Below, one piece after another: positions 52,101 to 64,000 of a stretch of 64,000 bases of DNA. The stretch covers positions 91,411,145 through 91,475,144 of the forward strand of contig NC_057718.1 in the NCBI RefSeq assembly GCF_004010195.1, in the 5' to 3' direction. The notes beneath the pieces were generated by a model. The model did no database searches and was not told where the DNA came from. It saw only the letters and a list, made by a program, of their open reading frames with translations. Made by a program: the position numbers and the translations under genes. The stretch's first letter is position 1; each line of letters opens with the position of its first letter. This DNA is from Chiloscyllium plagiosum. Its lineage: Eukaryota.

Positions 52101-53049
52101 CTTCACTGGTTCCGGTGCTTTACTTAATCTACAAGACCACAGCAGTAACCTTTTATTAACTTAAAATTCTAGGTAACTTTTTAAACTTTAACTATCTTAC
52201 ACTTGAGCATCAAAACAGTCACATTATATGGAATGAAGGAGCAGGAGTATGAGAAGAGAGCCTGTTGCTGATTGGAAGGCTGGCAAATCAGGTAGACCAA
52301 AATAGAGGCCACTGGAAACATCCTTATACAGAAAACATAATGTTCATACAAGTAATCTTAGCTGAGTGTGTTTAGACAATTTCACTTCTAATTTTTCAAA
52401 TTTTCGAGATTCCTGGTTGACACTCATTACTTTTACTGAGAAAGAAGAGGCCTCATTTTCCCATCATGGCATAATATTAACTGAAAATATTAAGAAGGCT
52501 GTGGTATTAACTCAAGGTTTAAGAGTGTCTGGCTAGCATCATGATAACTTCAATGTCATAATCACAGAGCTGTAAGCTGAGTCCATTTTCAATCTGTCAC
52601 TGAACATAATACCTGTGCTCGACAGTCCCGAGTGCGGTCATAATTCAAAGGCCTCTCTAAGCAGCTAGCAATGACTTCATGGTGCAAGTGATATCATATG
52701 CTATAGTTACCGTTGTTATGGCATGGGTATGACATCATGCACCCATTTCAAGATATCTGGAAGTATTGTCATGATGCCCTCACCACAACAACGTCTCCTA
52801 CCTTCTCCACAACGCTGACATTTATACTGTAAATGGGTCAACCCCAGTGTTGGAACCTTCTAGTACCATTCAGGTTTACACCATTCTCTCTCTGTACCTT
52901 GCTTTTGAAATTTAACTTGATTTCAAAGAAAGAAGGAGGGTTCAAATCCCATTCAAAATAGATGTCATTTTAAGAACAGAATATCGGATGCAAATTGAAG
53001 AGGCTGGAAAGCAAGCCTCAGCTCACAACTTGTCTGTGTAAAGTTTTTT

Positions 53050-53204
53050 TTAGCTTGAAGATTTGCTTAAAGAACTGGCAGATCGACGAAGTTTCCCAGA
53101 GACCTTGTTTTTTGTGGCATGTGGCAGTGGTGGGGAAGCCTGATTTGCAGGGTCAGTTCCCACAGCAATGGGCATTTCAGTGCTTAGATTCCCATTAAGA
53201 CAAC
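53050..53204 (-). CDS. RALGAPA2: Ral GTPase-activating protein alpha-2, 3' terminal coding exon (long C-terminus)
   Basis: Acceptor ttttgtgtaatttttcag|GT (phase 1); CLNGNLSTEMPIAVGTDPANQASPPLPHATKNKVSGKLRRSASSLSKSSS*, resembling the recalled RalGAP-alpha long-isoform tail (KLRRS..S..KS); position and orientation match human synteny. Confidence 0.75.
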
Positions 53205-53574
53205 CTGAAAAATTACACAAAAAGGGTGAATTAATTTGTTGTTTCAAATAAATATAAATTTAAAAAACATTGAGATAGAAGACAATAAATTGTCACTAAG
53301 ATACATTGAACTTGAATTGGTTAGGCTGGGCTTCAAATTTCAGATGAAATTCAGTTACAAATGCAAAATCTTTCATGAACTGCCACAATTGACCAGTGTA
53401 CCAATAACAATTGTGTTTTATCCCTTTACCTGAAAAAAAATATTCTGAGATGTATTTGACGGAGTTGTGTCTTTGATTTAGTTAAGAAGTATAACCTGAT
53501 GCAGTTTTAGCCAGACATCTTAAAATGGGCTGATGACCGTAAAGAAACAATTTTAATAAGAGCTTCCAGTTTTC

Positions 53575-54005
53575 CACATAGAGTCAAAGAGATGTACAGC
53601 ATGGAAACAGACCCTTCAGTCCAACCCATCCATGCCGACCAGATATCCCAACCCAATCTAGTCCCATCTGCCAGCGCCCGGCCCATATCTCTCTAAACCC
53701 TTCCTATTCATATACCCATCCAAATCCCTCTTAAATGCTGCAATTGTACCAGCCTCCACCACTTCCTCTGGAAGCTCATTCCATACACATACCACCCTCT
53801 GTGTGAAAAAGTTGCCCCTTAGGTCTCTTTTATATCTTTCCCCTCTCAGCTTAAACCTATGCCCTCTAGTTCTGGACTCCCCGACCCCAGGGAAAAGACT
53901 TTGTCTATTTATCCTATCCATGCCCCTCATAATTTTGTAAACCTCTATAAGGCCATCCCTCAGCCTCCGACGCTCCAGGGAAAACAGCCCCAGCCTGTTC
54001 AGCCG
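53575..54005 (-). mobile_element. CR1 LINE 3' end, well preserved
   Basis: RLNRLGLFSLERRRLRDGLIEVYKIMRG..TRGHRFKLRG..FFTQRVVCVWNELP..AGRWD*. Confidence 0.9.
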
Positions 54006-56571
54006 CATTTAAAATAACTGAAAATGAATAAAAATTGTTAGTTTCATTCGTGCATAATCAATTCTTAGTAAATTAAATCAGTGATGCCACACCATCTGAT
54101 ACTTTTGATCACCTGTAGACTTGTTATTCAGCCTGTCGACTCGCCACTCACACCATTTGTACTTATCTGTTGACACTGGAATTATCATGCCATTATCTCT
54201 CCACCTATATATTCTGTGCTTGTGCATGCCCCTCCACTTCACCCGACGAAGGAGCAGTGCTTCTAAACCTTGCGATTTTAAATAAACCTGTTGGAGTATA
54301 ATCTGGCATTGAGAGACTTCTGGCTTAGTAAATTAAATATTCTTGATATTAAACTTTGAAAACAGGTGAAATACTGTCTATGTGCCTGAAAAAATAAGCA
54401 CAACTTGAAGACCCTTCCTGAATCGTGACCAGTGAGTGAGGCCTGTTTTGTGGTTGGGCATGATGTGGGTGAAACAAATCCTGACCTGGCAGCAAAGATG
54501 ACAGAAACATAAACAAATTGCAGCCTTGGAAATAATGCACATATATTTAAAATGTGTTGGCTTAGCTGTTTCTGTCTGGATTGTTATGGTATTAATAGAA
54601 GCAAATCAAGAAACGAGATTCCTGGGCTCTTGCAGAACAACCTACAAGAGCAATGCTATAACAGCTACCTCGATGAAATATACATACACACATAGACATA
54701 CACACACACATATACTTATCCGTGAGATATATAATTTACATATATATATGTATATATCATTTGTTTATTTCAAACATATTTTATGCTTTTTGTGTTGTGA
54801 TAGTGTGACATTTTAATCAGTTTTCTGAGAGCGGTTTGTGGCAATTAGTGTTTACAAACAGTGATCTGAAAGGATTTTGTAATTTTTGGATTGTTAAAGT
54901 TATATAAATTAAATCAAATCCAATTCGGCGTTTTCCTTGGTTATTAGAGGTGGATTTAGAGGTAGTGAAGGGTAGAGAAAATGAGAAAAAGCACGTGTTG
55001 AATAGGAATACCCATGTGTCCCCAGCTCCTCCTGCTTTTCCCAGCAGTGACTTGTAAGAGTGGTCAGTACCCATCAGATTTTCAACCCAAAAATGAAATT
55101 GACATCCAGAAAAAGATACTAAAGGGGAAAATTTAGTTTTAGGATTCTAAGAACTATTTGAAGAGACTTAATCTTCATTTTGCTGAGATGCTCTAGTAAA
55201 GGTGTGCAACGAGTTTCAGAATCAAGTATAACATTTTTGAAAAATTCCAAATGCTATGAGGTTTATTTATTTTAAACATGATTTGTTAATTGTGCATTGT
55301 TTCCATTTATTTGCATTAGGAAGGTGGATTCCAGATGGCCAATGGACTATTTTAAGTCCATTACCTACCTGGAATCTAGAGCTTCCCTCCTGTTTTTGAA
55401 TTCAGTTTGGGGACATTGCAATTGAAAGCACCTAAACAAAAAATATATACTTTATATCAGGGAGCAGACATCCAAACAGAGGTGAATATTAAGAAGTTAT
55501 AAATTAAACACATATTCTAATAAATCCAAACTCTTGAGAAAAATGTTACAGAACTCAGTGATAGAGCACATGTTGACAAAATGATGATCTTCTCAGATTG
55601 TATAATAGGATGGAGAAATAATAGTAGCTACAAGAAAACAGTGAATTAAAATGAACCAGCATACTGATAACTGTTAAGACTCAAATGTTTTGCTAGTTTC
55701 TTTTCTAAAGACATTTGTTCTGCAGCAGATCTGCTTTATGCAGTTGTGTCTTTTCAACTGGTTCCTTAATTTATTTTGATGTTGTATTTATCAATTTAAT
55801 CTCTTTCAACTAAAATTTTTCACAATAAATTGGAACTCAGAAGTGTTGAAAGCAAAGTGAAATGTGAAATTCAGTTAGCATTGTATTATAATCTCAGAAC
55901 TGGATGAAAACACATTAAGACAGTCCAATTTTAATATTTAACATTTTAAAATACCTGTCAGATACTTTCACTTAAGTTCAAATGTTTCTCTCTGTAAATA
56001 ATCTATCAGTAGTCAGTGCACAACCTCCAAATAATTAATTTGTAAAGACGAGTCTTCATAAAACAAGTTAATATTAGGGTCATCTCTATCTATTCCTCAT
56101 GTCATCTTTGTTTTTGAAAATATCGATGCTATATTTAATTGTTCGATGTTAGTACTCAGTTTGATTGAATTAAAATCAATTTTCAAGAGCATCGGGGCAA
56201 CGGGCAAAACAATTTTACAAGCAGAGTACTGGGGTATCCCAACTGCCTTCATGCAGTAGCTACATACATACAATTTGCAAAGGATCTTATTGCATAGCAA
56301 TCTGGTAGGAGAATACTGGAGTATTTCCCCCAATTCCCCACCACTTCGTAAAAAGCAAATAGCACTTAATCAGTCAACTAAGAGTAAAAAGATCCAACTC
56401 AGCACAAACTAGGAATAAAGCTTGACATCTTCCTGGTCTGCAGGATATTCACAGCTGTCTTATTACACAGTACATATTACTACACAGTAATGTGTCTTTC
56501 TCCTTAGCTGCCTGAGGAAAGGTAGAAAGATCAATTTTCTATAAAGTTGATAACTATCGAGTGATGTATAT

Positions 56572-56914
56572 TCATAGAATCCCTAACAGTGTGAAAGCAG
56601 GCCATTTCGCCCATTGAGTCCAAACCGACCCTATGAAGAGCATCCCACCCAGACCCATTTCCCCTACACTATCCCTATAACCCTGCATTTCCCATGGTTA
56701 ATGCACATAACCTGCATTCCCTGGACACTATGTGAAATTTAGCATGACCAAACCTGCACATCTTTGGACTGCGTGAGGAAACTGAAGTACCCAGGGCAAA
56801 CCCTTGCAGACATGGGGAGAATATGCAAACTCCACAGTCAGATACCAGAGACTGGAATTGCACCCGGGTCATTGCCCCTGAGAGATAGCAGTGCTAACCA
56901 AGGAGCCACTGTGC
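56572..56914 (-). mobile_element. tRNA-derived SINE (HE1-like), near full length
   Basis: Minus head gcacagtggctccttggttagcactgct...gacccgggtgcaattcca (A/B boxes), central core, and CR1-like tail ending gggattctatg. Confidence 0.75.
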
Positions 56915-58542
56915 CTGGAAATATTGATTACTTATTTGACTAAGTGTAACAATACAAGTTAAATGTGAATAATATCTGTTGCTGAGAGCAGCTGTCACAT
57001 AAATGTAGTGTGTCGTGCTGTGCACCGGTAGCAAGAGATGGACATTTGTTCATGTTGGTAAAATACAGTAGTTTTTGTACAAAACAAATTCACAAATTTA
57101 TGCAAAGCCATCAGCATTTTCCTATCATCAGGTTCTATCCCTTTGCTCAGTTGCAGATATCTGTCTATTGTTACCATATATATTAGTTCAATTTTTACTG
57201 TATACAAGAAAACACTTTTCATAATTCATAATTTTAGATAGTTTACCTTGAATGACTAAGCAATTTTATTGTTGCTTGCATTTTACAGTGAGGAAAACAG
57301 ATACACTTTTTCACTATCATCATGATCTGGCACCATTTTGAATAGTCTTAAGGATAAGAAAAAATAGTAAGATACAACTTGAAGAGAGTCCATCGGTCCT
57401 GTGCCAGTTCATCATCAATGACATTTGCACTACCATCTCTCCTCCACCACTTTGCCGTCTGCAACAGACCCAACCAACTTTGATGTCTCCACTCTTCAGG
57501 TGCCATCCTTTGCTACTGGGCGGCTTTTGTCTGCCACCACCTCACTGCCACCTGCGCCGGACCCACCAATGTCCGAATTGCATCTCTCACTGATGGGTCC
57601 AACTCAATGTCGCTGCAAAGCCCTTCCACCACTTCTTCATTGCTGCCAGCGCTGGGCTCACCTTGCAGACACTGCCTCTGTCGATGTTGTGGCTGCTGAT
57701 TCAGATGCCAGGTTCCATGCTCACTCCAGAAAAATAAGTAGGGGCTCACTTGCTACAGTCACAAGTTCCATGCTGAGCCCACTTGAGTTTGTGTTGGAGT
57801 TCATTGCTGCTGCTGATGCTGTCCAAGCTCAAGACATGAGGTAAGTAAAAAGAAAAGTAATCGGAGTGGATGTGCTCTACTCCTCTGCTACATTGATTGC
57901 TTTCACATAAAGGTTTCCTTCGATTTTGTTTATATATTTGTTTTTGAAGTCATGCATGTACTATTGCTGTTCATTGTTTCACACCTACTTTCTCATTTCC
58001 TTCCCCTCTTACAGGCATCCTTTCTTCTTTAACCAAAGGATGGGGTGGCAGCCTCTTTTAGGATGTGATATCTTTAGAGGTGTGGCATCAGAGCTAAACT
58101 AGCTTGAATATTTGCTGAGGTATGATTTCATACCTAAGTCACAGAGCAAACTGTTGTATTGATGTTTTGGTAGTTTTAAAATAAGCAGTACAAGCTTTCC
58201 AGCATCATTGGAGGAAATTGTAACTTTTTGAACTATTCTCAGCAGGGGGGTTTGGTCACATGTGGGAAACCGTAAAGACAGGGTACCACCCTCCCCTAAA
58301 ACTTGCCCAGTCCCAGAGGGGCCACATTCTGAGGAATGTTCATTGGTTGCAGGCAGGTCTTCTGCCCTGATCTGGTAGGACAGGAAGTCCCACCTCGGAT
58401 TCACTGGCAGCTCCCTGGTCTCAGCAATGTCACTGCAAGTTGATAAAATTCTTCCCCAAGTTTCACCAATACATTTGTCACTTGCTTTGTCATCTGATTT
58501 CTGCATTTCTCAACATTCCAAAGAAGCAAGCATAATGATGAC

Positions 58543-58643
58543 TTTCCTCATTCCTGAAGAAGGGCTTATGCCCGAAACGTCGATTCTCCTGTACCCTGGA
58601 TGCTGCCTGACATGCTGCGCTTTTCCAGCAACACATTTTCAGC
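58543..58643 (+). mobile_element. ~100-bp monomeric Penelope-derived insert with intact hammerhead core (58554-58581)
   Basis: CTGAAGA-A-GGGC-TTAT-GCCC-GAAA-C-GTC; TSD taatgatgac at 58533-58542 and 58644-58653. Confidence 0.8.
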
Positions 58644-60649
58644 TAATGATGACCTGTACAATTAAGCCGAGTTGAACTATTTGCACATACACTGCAAAGA
58701 TGACATTTGAAAGACTGGTTAGGTTTTTGAACACAGAAATAATTCCGACAAAGTAGCCTTTCACAAATATTTCCCTTGACCTGATGTGGGGGTCTGTAAA
58801 TGTTAAGAGATTTTCTTCCCTGTTGATGGAAAGATCTTGCTTGCCTCCGAGAAAGTTTGGCTGGAGATTGCAGACCAGATTAATAACAGGAAGGTAGTTC
58901 CACACTTCAGGAAATGATGCCAGAAGACTTCAATGACCTAACCAGGTCAGTCAAGGCAAGAGTTATGGCACAATCAAGTATATATAAGCACAACTCCTGC
59001 TTTATTTCACAATCCCAGGTTTAGTCCAGCACAGCACTCCTCAAACTAACTTACCTTGCAGCTGCATCCATTTCTGTCTCTCTGTGCACTTCCTCACATT
59101 TGCATCTTGGATCCAACCATAGATACACACACACAACTTTATGCAATGTCATGATTTGGAGGTCATACTTATCCTCCATAGCAAGCCTCATCAAATGTCC
59201 ATCCAATTTTCCACAATAGGTATCTTCTTTTTCTCGTTAAAGGAAGAGAACACACACCCAGGAGAAGCAACAAACTTCGCACAATGATTGCTGCAGAGGA
59301 CTGGCGCTGGAGAAAACCATAGTTAGACTTTAAATAAAAACAGGCATTATTGCAATAATCTTTGCAATCCTAAAAAAAACCAAGTCTAGCAACTAACGTT
59401 TCCTCTTGACCTTGTATATGAAAACAAAACTGAATATTACCCAGCTACAAGGCATACAACACTTACTCACATAACATTGATGTCCACAGCCAATAAAATT
59501 TTTTAATGTGCACAATGTTGACTGAACATCTTGACCATTCTAATTCATGCCTTTCATCAGGAGATGATACAGGATGACAAAGATTCCTCCAATGAGGTCA
59601 CTCGCTCTAGGGATGCGCTATCAAACTGAAAAAAAATCACCCATCCTGGCAACATGGTATCAGTCGCTTGTGTAGTGCAATTACTGACACATTTTGAGGT
59701 ATGGCAGGTACTGTCTGCAGATCACTGGCCAGGGCTAATGGAAAAGGAGTTGAGATCAACAGTGACTTTGACAGACATTGGATAATTGGTGTCCACTTGG
59801 TCTATTTGGCAGGAAAATCTTTTTCCAAGCAACTGCAAATGTCTGTTATGACGCAACAGCTTACCCTAAGCTTCTGGAGACTCTGGTTTTATTCAGTATT
59901 TTGAATGCATTATCTATATTTTAAATTGGGGCAAAAAGTTTTTTTTGGGTTACTGCCAAGATTAAAAGAAAATTATGTTGCAGCTTACTAAGTGGATTCT
60001 GTAGAACTCAGCAGAGTTATGATTAACTTCTGAGAAGGATATGATGGGCAGGCAGTGTACATAAGAAAATAAATCCAAAGGGAAGGAATACCTCTTTCAG
60101 AAATCTTTGCTTCCTGAACGTTTGCAGAGTTATCACATAACCAGTCTTTAGAAAGTCAATTGAAAGAACTTCAGAAATCTGAAGTGTTTATCAGTTTCAT
60201 ATAATCTACAGAAATGGAGAGGGGAAAAATATCAAGCACTTATACAAATGATCGAGACATTTCTTCATTCGTTTATTTACACGAAGAGCTTGCAATTTCA
60301 TATTGATATCACATTCTATTCTTAGGTCTTTGGACACAATTTCACAGAACAATACAACATTGATAATTTTAAAATTGCTCTGACTATTCCTCTGCACTGT
60401 CCAGGTAAATTACTTTCTAATTAATCAATCTGATTGATTTACTTCTCTTAACAGATTGGTATTGGTAGGATTACCACCAAATAGTCCTTGTGGAGATGAA
60501 ATCCTTCCTTCACATTAAAGGTACCCACTATCATATTGTCTGCAAAACACAGTATCAAATGAGCTAGATTTTAATCAGATCGAGAAACTCAAAACTGGTC
60601 CATCTATTACTACCTGTAACTTCATGGTGTGGCATACTCCTCATTCTAC

Positions 60650-61590
60650 AAGTCAGTGATCAAGCGTGGTTCAAGGGGCACACTCCAGGAACAGCACTAA
60701 GTATACCTAAAAATGAGGTGGCAACCTGATGAAGCTGCATCACAGGATTATTTGCCTGCCAAGTGGTGAAAGCAGCATGCGAAGGGCGAAATTAGGTGAT
60801 TCCCACAACCAACAGATCAGTTCTAAGCTCTGTAGTACTGCCACATTTAATCCTAAGTGGTAGCGGACAATTAACTCACTGAAGGAGAAGGTTCTACAAA
60901 CATCCCCACCCTCAGTGATGGGGTTGCCCAGCATAAAAGGTAAGGCCAAAGCATTTGCAAGCATGTTCAAACAAAGTGCCAAGTGGATGATTTATCTTGG
61001 CCTTCTCCTGAAGTCCTCAGCATCACAGTTACTAGCCTTCATAAAAACAAACGATTGCAGGCACAGGACACGGAAAAGTCTATGGAGCCCTGACAACATT
61101 CTGGTAATGGTAATGAAGACACGTGTTATAGAATTAGCTGTGCTCCTCGGCAAGCTGTTCCAGTAATTACAACATAAGCATCTACTTTGCAATGTAGAAA
61201 AGTCCTCAAGGTTTTTCCCAACTCCTAAAAGAAAGACAGATCCAACCCAGCTAATTATCATCCAATCATTAGCAAAGTGACAGAACGTGTTGTCGATAGT
61301 GCTATTAAGCAGCACATACTCAACAATAACCAGGTCACTGATGTTTAGTTGGATTCCAACATGGTCATAGCTCCTGACCTCAACCTTGTTCCAAACATGG
61401 GAAGAAGACCTGAACTGAAAGAGAGAATCTGAGTGACTGTCTACTATATCAAGGCAGTTTTTGACTGATTGTGACATCAAGGACACTGGCAAAACTGGAG
61501 TTAATTAGATTCGGAGAAATCTCTTGGCTGGCTGGAATTGTTACTAGCACAAAGCAATATGGTTGTAATTGTTAAGGTTAATGGTCTCAG
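60650..61590 (+). mobile_element. Old CR1/L2-group LINE ORF2 remnant
   Basis: KAKAFASMF..SPDNILVMVMKT..ELAVLLGKLFQ..SNPANY remnants. Confidence 0.65.
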
Positions 61591-62121
61591 AACAAATTTG
61601 GAATAAGGAAACCCAATTAACCACTGAATTATTCACTTGTTTTAGAATAAACTCCATAGTCTGACATCCAATTTTTATGCTTCTCCATTGCTGGTTTCTT
61701 GGGCACCTCAAAATTAATTGTGCCATTGGCGGTCATCATGCCTTAAGTTGCAAGTGCCTTTAAAGTCTTGAACGCACTTTCCCAACCCATCTTCCCTCTC
61801 TTCCTCTTTAAGAAATTGTTTAAAACCATCCTCTGATTGAGCTTTTGTTTATCTGTAATAATATCTTTATTGTGGCTTTGTTCCGAATTTCATTTGATTG
61901 TACTCCCCTGAAATATCTTGGGATATTGCATTTACCAGAACATACTATGCAAGACAAATCAAACTGTTGTTAAATGAACTAAGTATTGGATGACATAGGA
62001 AAAAAAGAAGAGCCTTTAATTCAATGTTTCTCTTTTTACGGTAACTATGGTTTCAGAGTTACTGTTTGAGAAGCTGCCATGGAATTGTTGGATTATGATA
62101 ACTCCAAACACAAAATCGTTT

Positions 62122-62232
62122 CTCAGTCAGTCATAGAGTCAAACAGCATGGAAACAGACCCTTTGGTCCAACGAGTTCACGCCAACCATAATCTCAAACT
62201 AAACTAGTCCCACCTGTGTGCACCTGGCCCAT
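62122..62232 (-). mobile_element. CR1 3' tail fragment
   Basis: agtcatagagtc..acagcatggaaacagaccc..ggtccaac..aactagtcccacctg, similar to 53575-53680. Confidence 0.7.
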
Positions 62233-64000
62233 CATTACCAATTATATGAAGGTAGTGTTGAGTGCAGTATAAAACTATATAGATCAGTCTCAAGCTTGGA
62301 TATAATGTTCTCTGAGCTGAAAGAGTATCCGAATAATCCTTGGATAGGTTTCTCCTTAAAAGTGAGTTACTTGGTTTTGCTCCTGGAATGCCAGTTGTGG
62401 TCAGTTCCTCAGATTAGGATGGGAATTCTTTAGAAAACAACTAAAACTGTCTGGCAGGACTTGACAGTACCTTTAAAAGACACTCCAGTATGTGACAGGG
62501 TGACTGTCACCACTTCAACTTGGGAAGAAAGCTTGAAAGCTGAAAAAGATATGGTAGAGGAGACTCTCAATGGGAATGGTGATTAAATAAATGTGGACAT
62601 AAATTTGCTTTGTGCCAAGAACTGATACATAGGAGGTAAACAGAAAAATATAATTTCCATATCCACCTTCAGGCTTGGACACTACAGGGATTGCCTATTA
62701 TTCATGCATATCTATAATTGTGCCTAAATTACTATTTTGTGGTTTGTTCTTAAAAAAATGAAAGTAATAATTTCTAAACTAAAATTTTGTTTCAACATGA
62801 TATAGCAGTGTAGTCTTCAATTAGTGATAACTACCAGAGAACTCTCAGCGCAGAAATAATGTGCCAGATGATATTCACCAGGGAAAAATACCACTGGAAA
62901 AATACAGCTCAAAAATCATCCAGTTAGACAAATGATCTAGCTCCTTTATAAGACCATATACACATGTATAAACCTTTAGCTTTTTATTATGTAAAACACT
63001 TATTTTTAAAACTCAACTGAATTCCAGTCAGCATTGAAAGATAGCATCCTTATTCTCCTCTTATTTAAAACAGGCTAAAAAAATAAACAAATGTACAATT
63101 AATAATTGCATGTTGTAATAAAGAAAAGGCTGTTTCTGCATTTCACAGGCCTGTCTGTGTGCCTGCAAGTAGCAATAGGAGAATATTGATCAAATTCACT
63201 ATGCTACTCACTTATGTTGTGTTTTGAGTACGTTGTATTCAATTCTCCTGGTCATTGAATTTGATTAGTTAGTTCTGGGTGTGGACTCAAAGAAGTAAAT
63301 TCTTTGTTTGGGATATGGTATTGAGGTAGATGATCAGCCAGTATTTAGAAAGGGTGAATGACCTATTCCTGCTCCTGTGCATATTTTGGAACCTTCAGTT
63401 GAAAATTTGAGAAGGTGTGATGTGTGATCCATGCTCAACAAGACAAGTAAATTGTACAAGTTGCTCGAAGCTGCAGCTGTCAATATGGAGCAGACATTTT
63501 AAATCATGTGAATAAAAATTATATATGTAGAAACTAGAGTTATCTCTGCATAGCTGAGATACAAAATATAAACCAAATGTAGCAAAACAATCTTGAAGCT
63601 AATGACGTAGAAATTCTTGACAAACAATGTTAATACCTGCCTTAAGAAGTGGGTTTAAGATGAGTGGCAAGCAGTTATGGACAGTTGTCTTGAGTGAAAG
63701 GAGTAAACTGACTCCTGGGATCTGACATTCTCAGGGAGGTTCAAACAACAAGTCCCCTTAGAAGTGTAGAGATTAGAGAACGATTCTCATGTTCCAAATC
63801 ACGCTCATTGAACTCAGTTGGAGAGAATTGGAGGTTTGCCACTGGACCAATTTCAAACTTGTTAGGTCCCAGAACTCAACTAGCGTGGACCAAGCCCCCT
63901 TTTACAAACCGATAACTCATCCAAACTGGCACCGCACTTCAACTTCCAGCCAGCCAGGCCCCAGCTTTTACACAGACAGCCACCCCCAGACTCAGACCTT

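Noticed and set aside
54852..54865. Possible RALGAPA2 micro-exon reading (D)HCL*
   Set aside because: Weak polypyrimidine tract and no nearby donor.
57425..57844. 139-aa plus-strand ORF
   Set aside because: Non-ATG start, low-complexity Ser/Thr/Ala/Pro product, antisense within the RALGAPA2 intron, no known domain.

Overview
Vertebrate genomic DNA, most likely from a shark or other elasmobranch (inferred from the repeat families; not provable here). The window holds the conserved CFAP61 - INSM1 - RALGAPA2 neighbourhood: the last two coding exons of CFAP61 (+, 21854-21944 and 25194-25394), the complete intronless INSM1 zinc-finger gene (+, 33006-34355), and a stop-containing 3' exon of RALGAPA2 (-, 53050-53204). 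Everything else is intron or intergenic sequence with many retroelements. These include a two-LTR Ty3/gypsy element with the unusual Gmr1-type order gag-IN-RT-RNaseH, CR1/L2/Rex1/Tx1-like LINE fragments and tRNA-derived SINEs. The most striking pattern is at least 10 Penelope-like elements and short derivatives. Most are folded back as inverted repeats, several have 10-15 bp target-site duplications, and they carry minimal hammerhead ribozyme cores (CUGANGA-stem II-GAAA-CGUH) in about four sequence families. INSM1 sits inside a broad CpG-retaining domain (about 24.4-43 kb) with candidate enhancers. All calls are by eye; no database search or folding was run.
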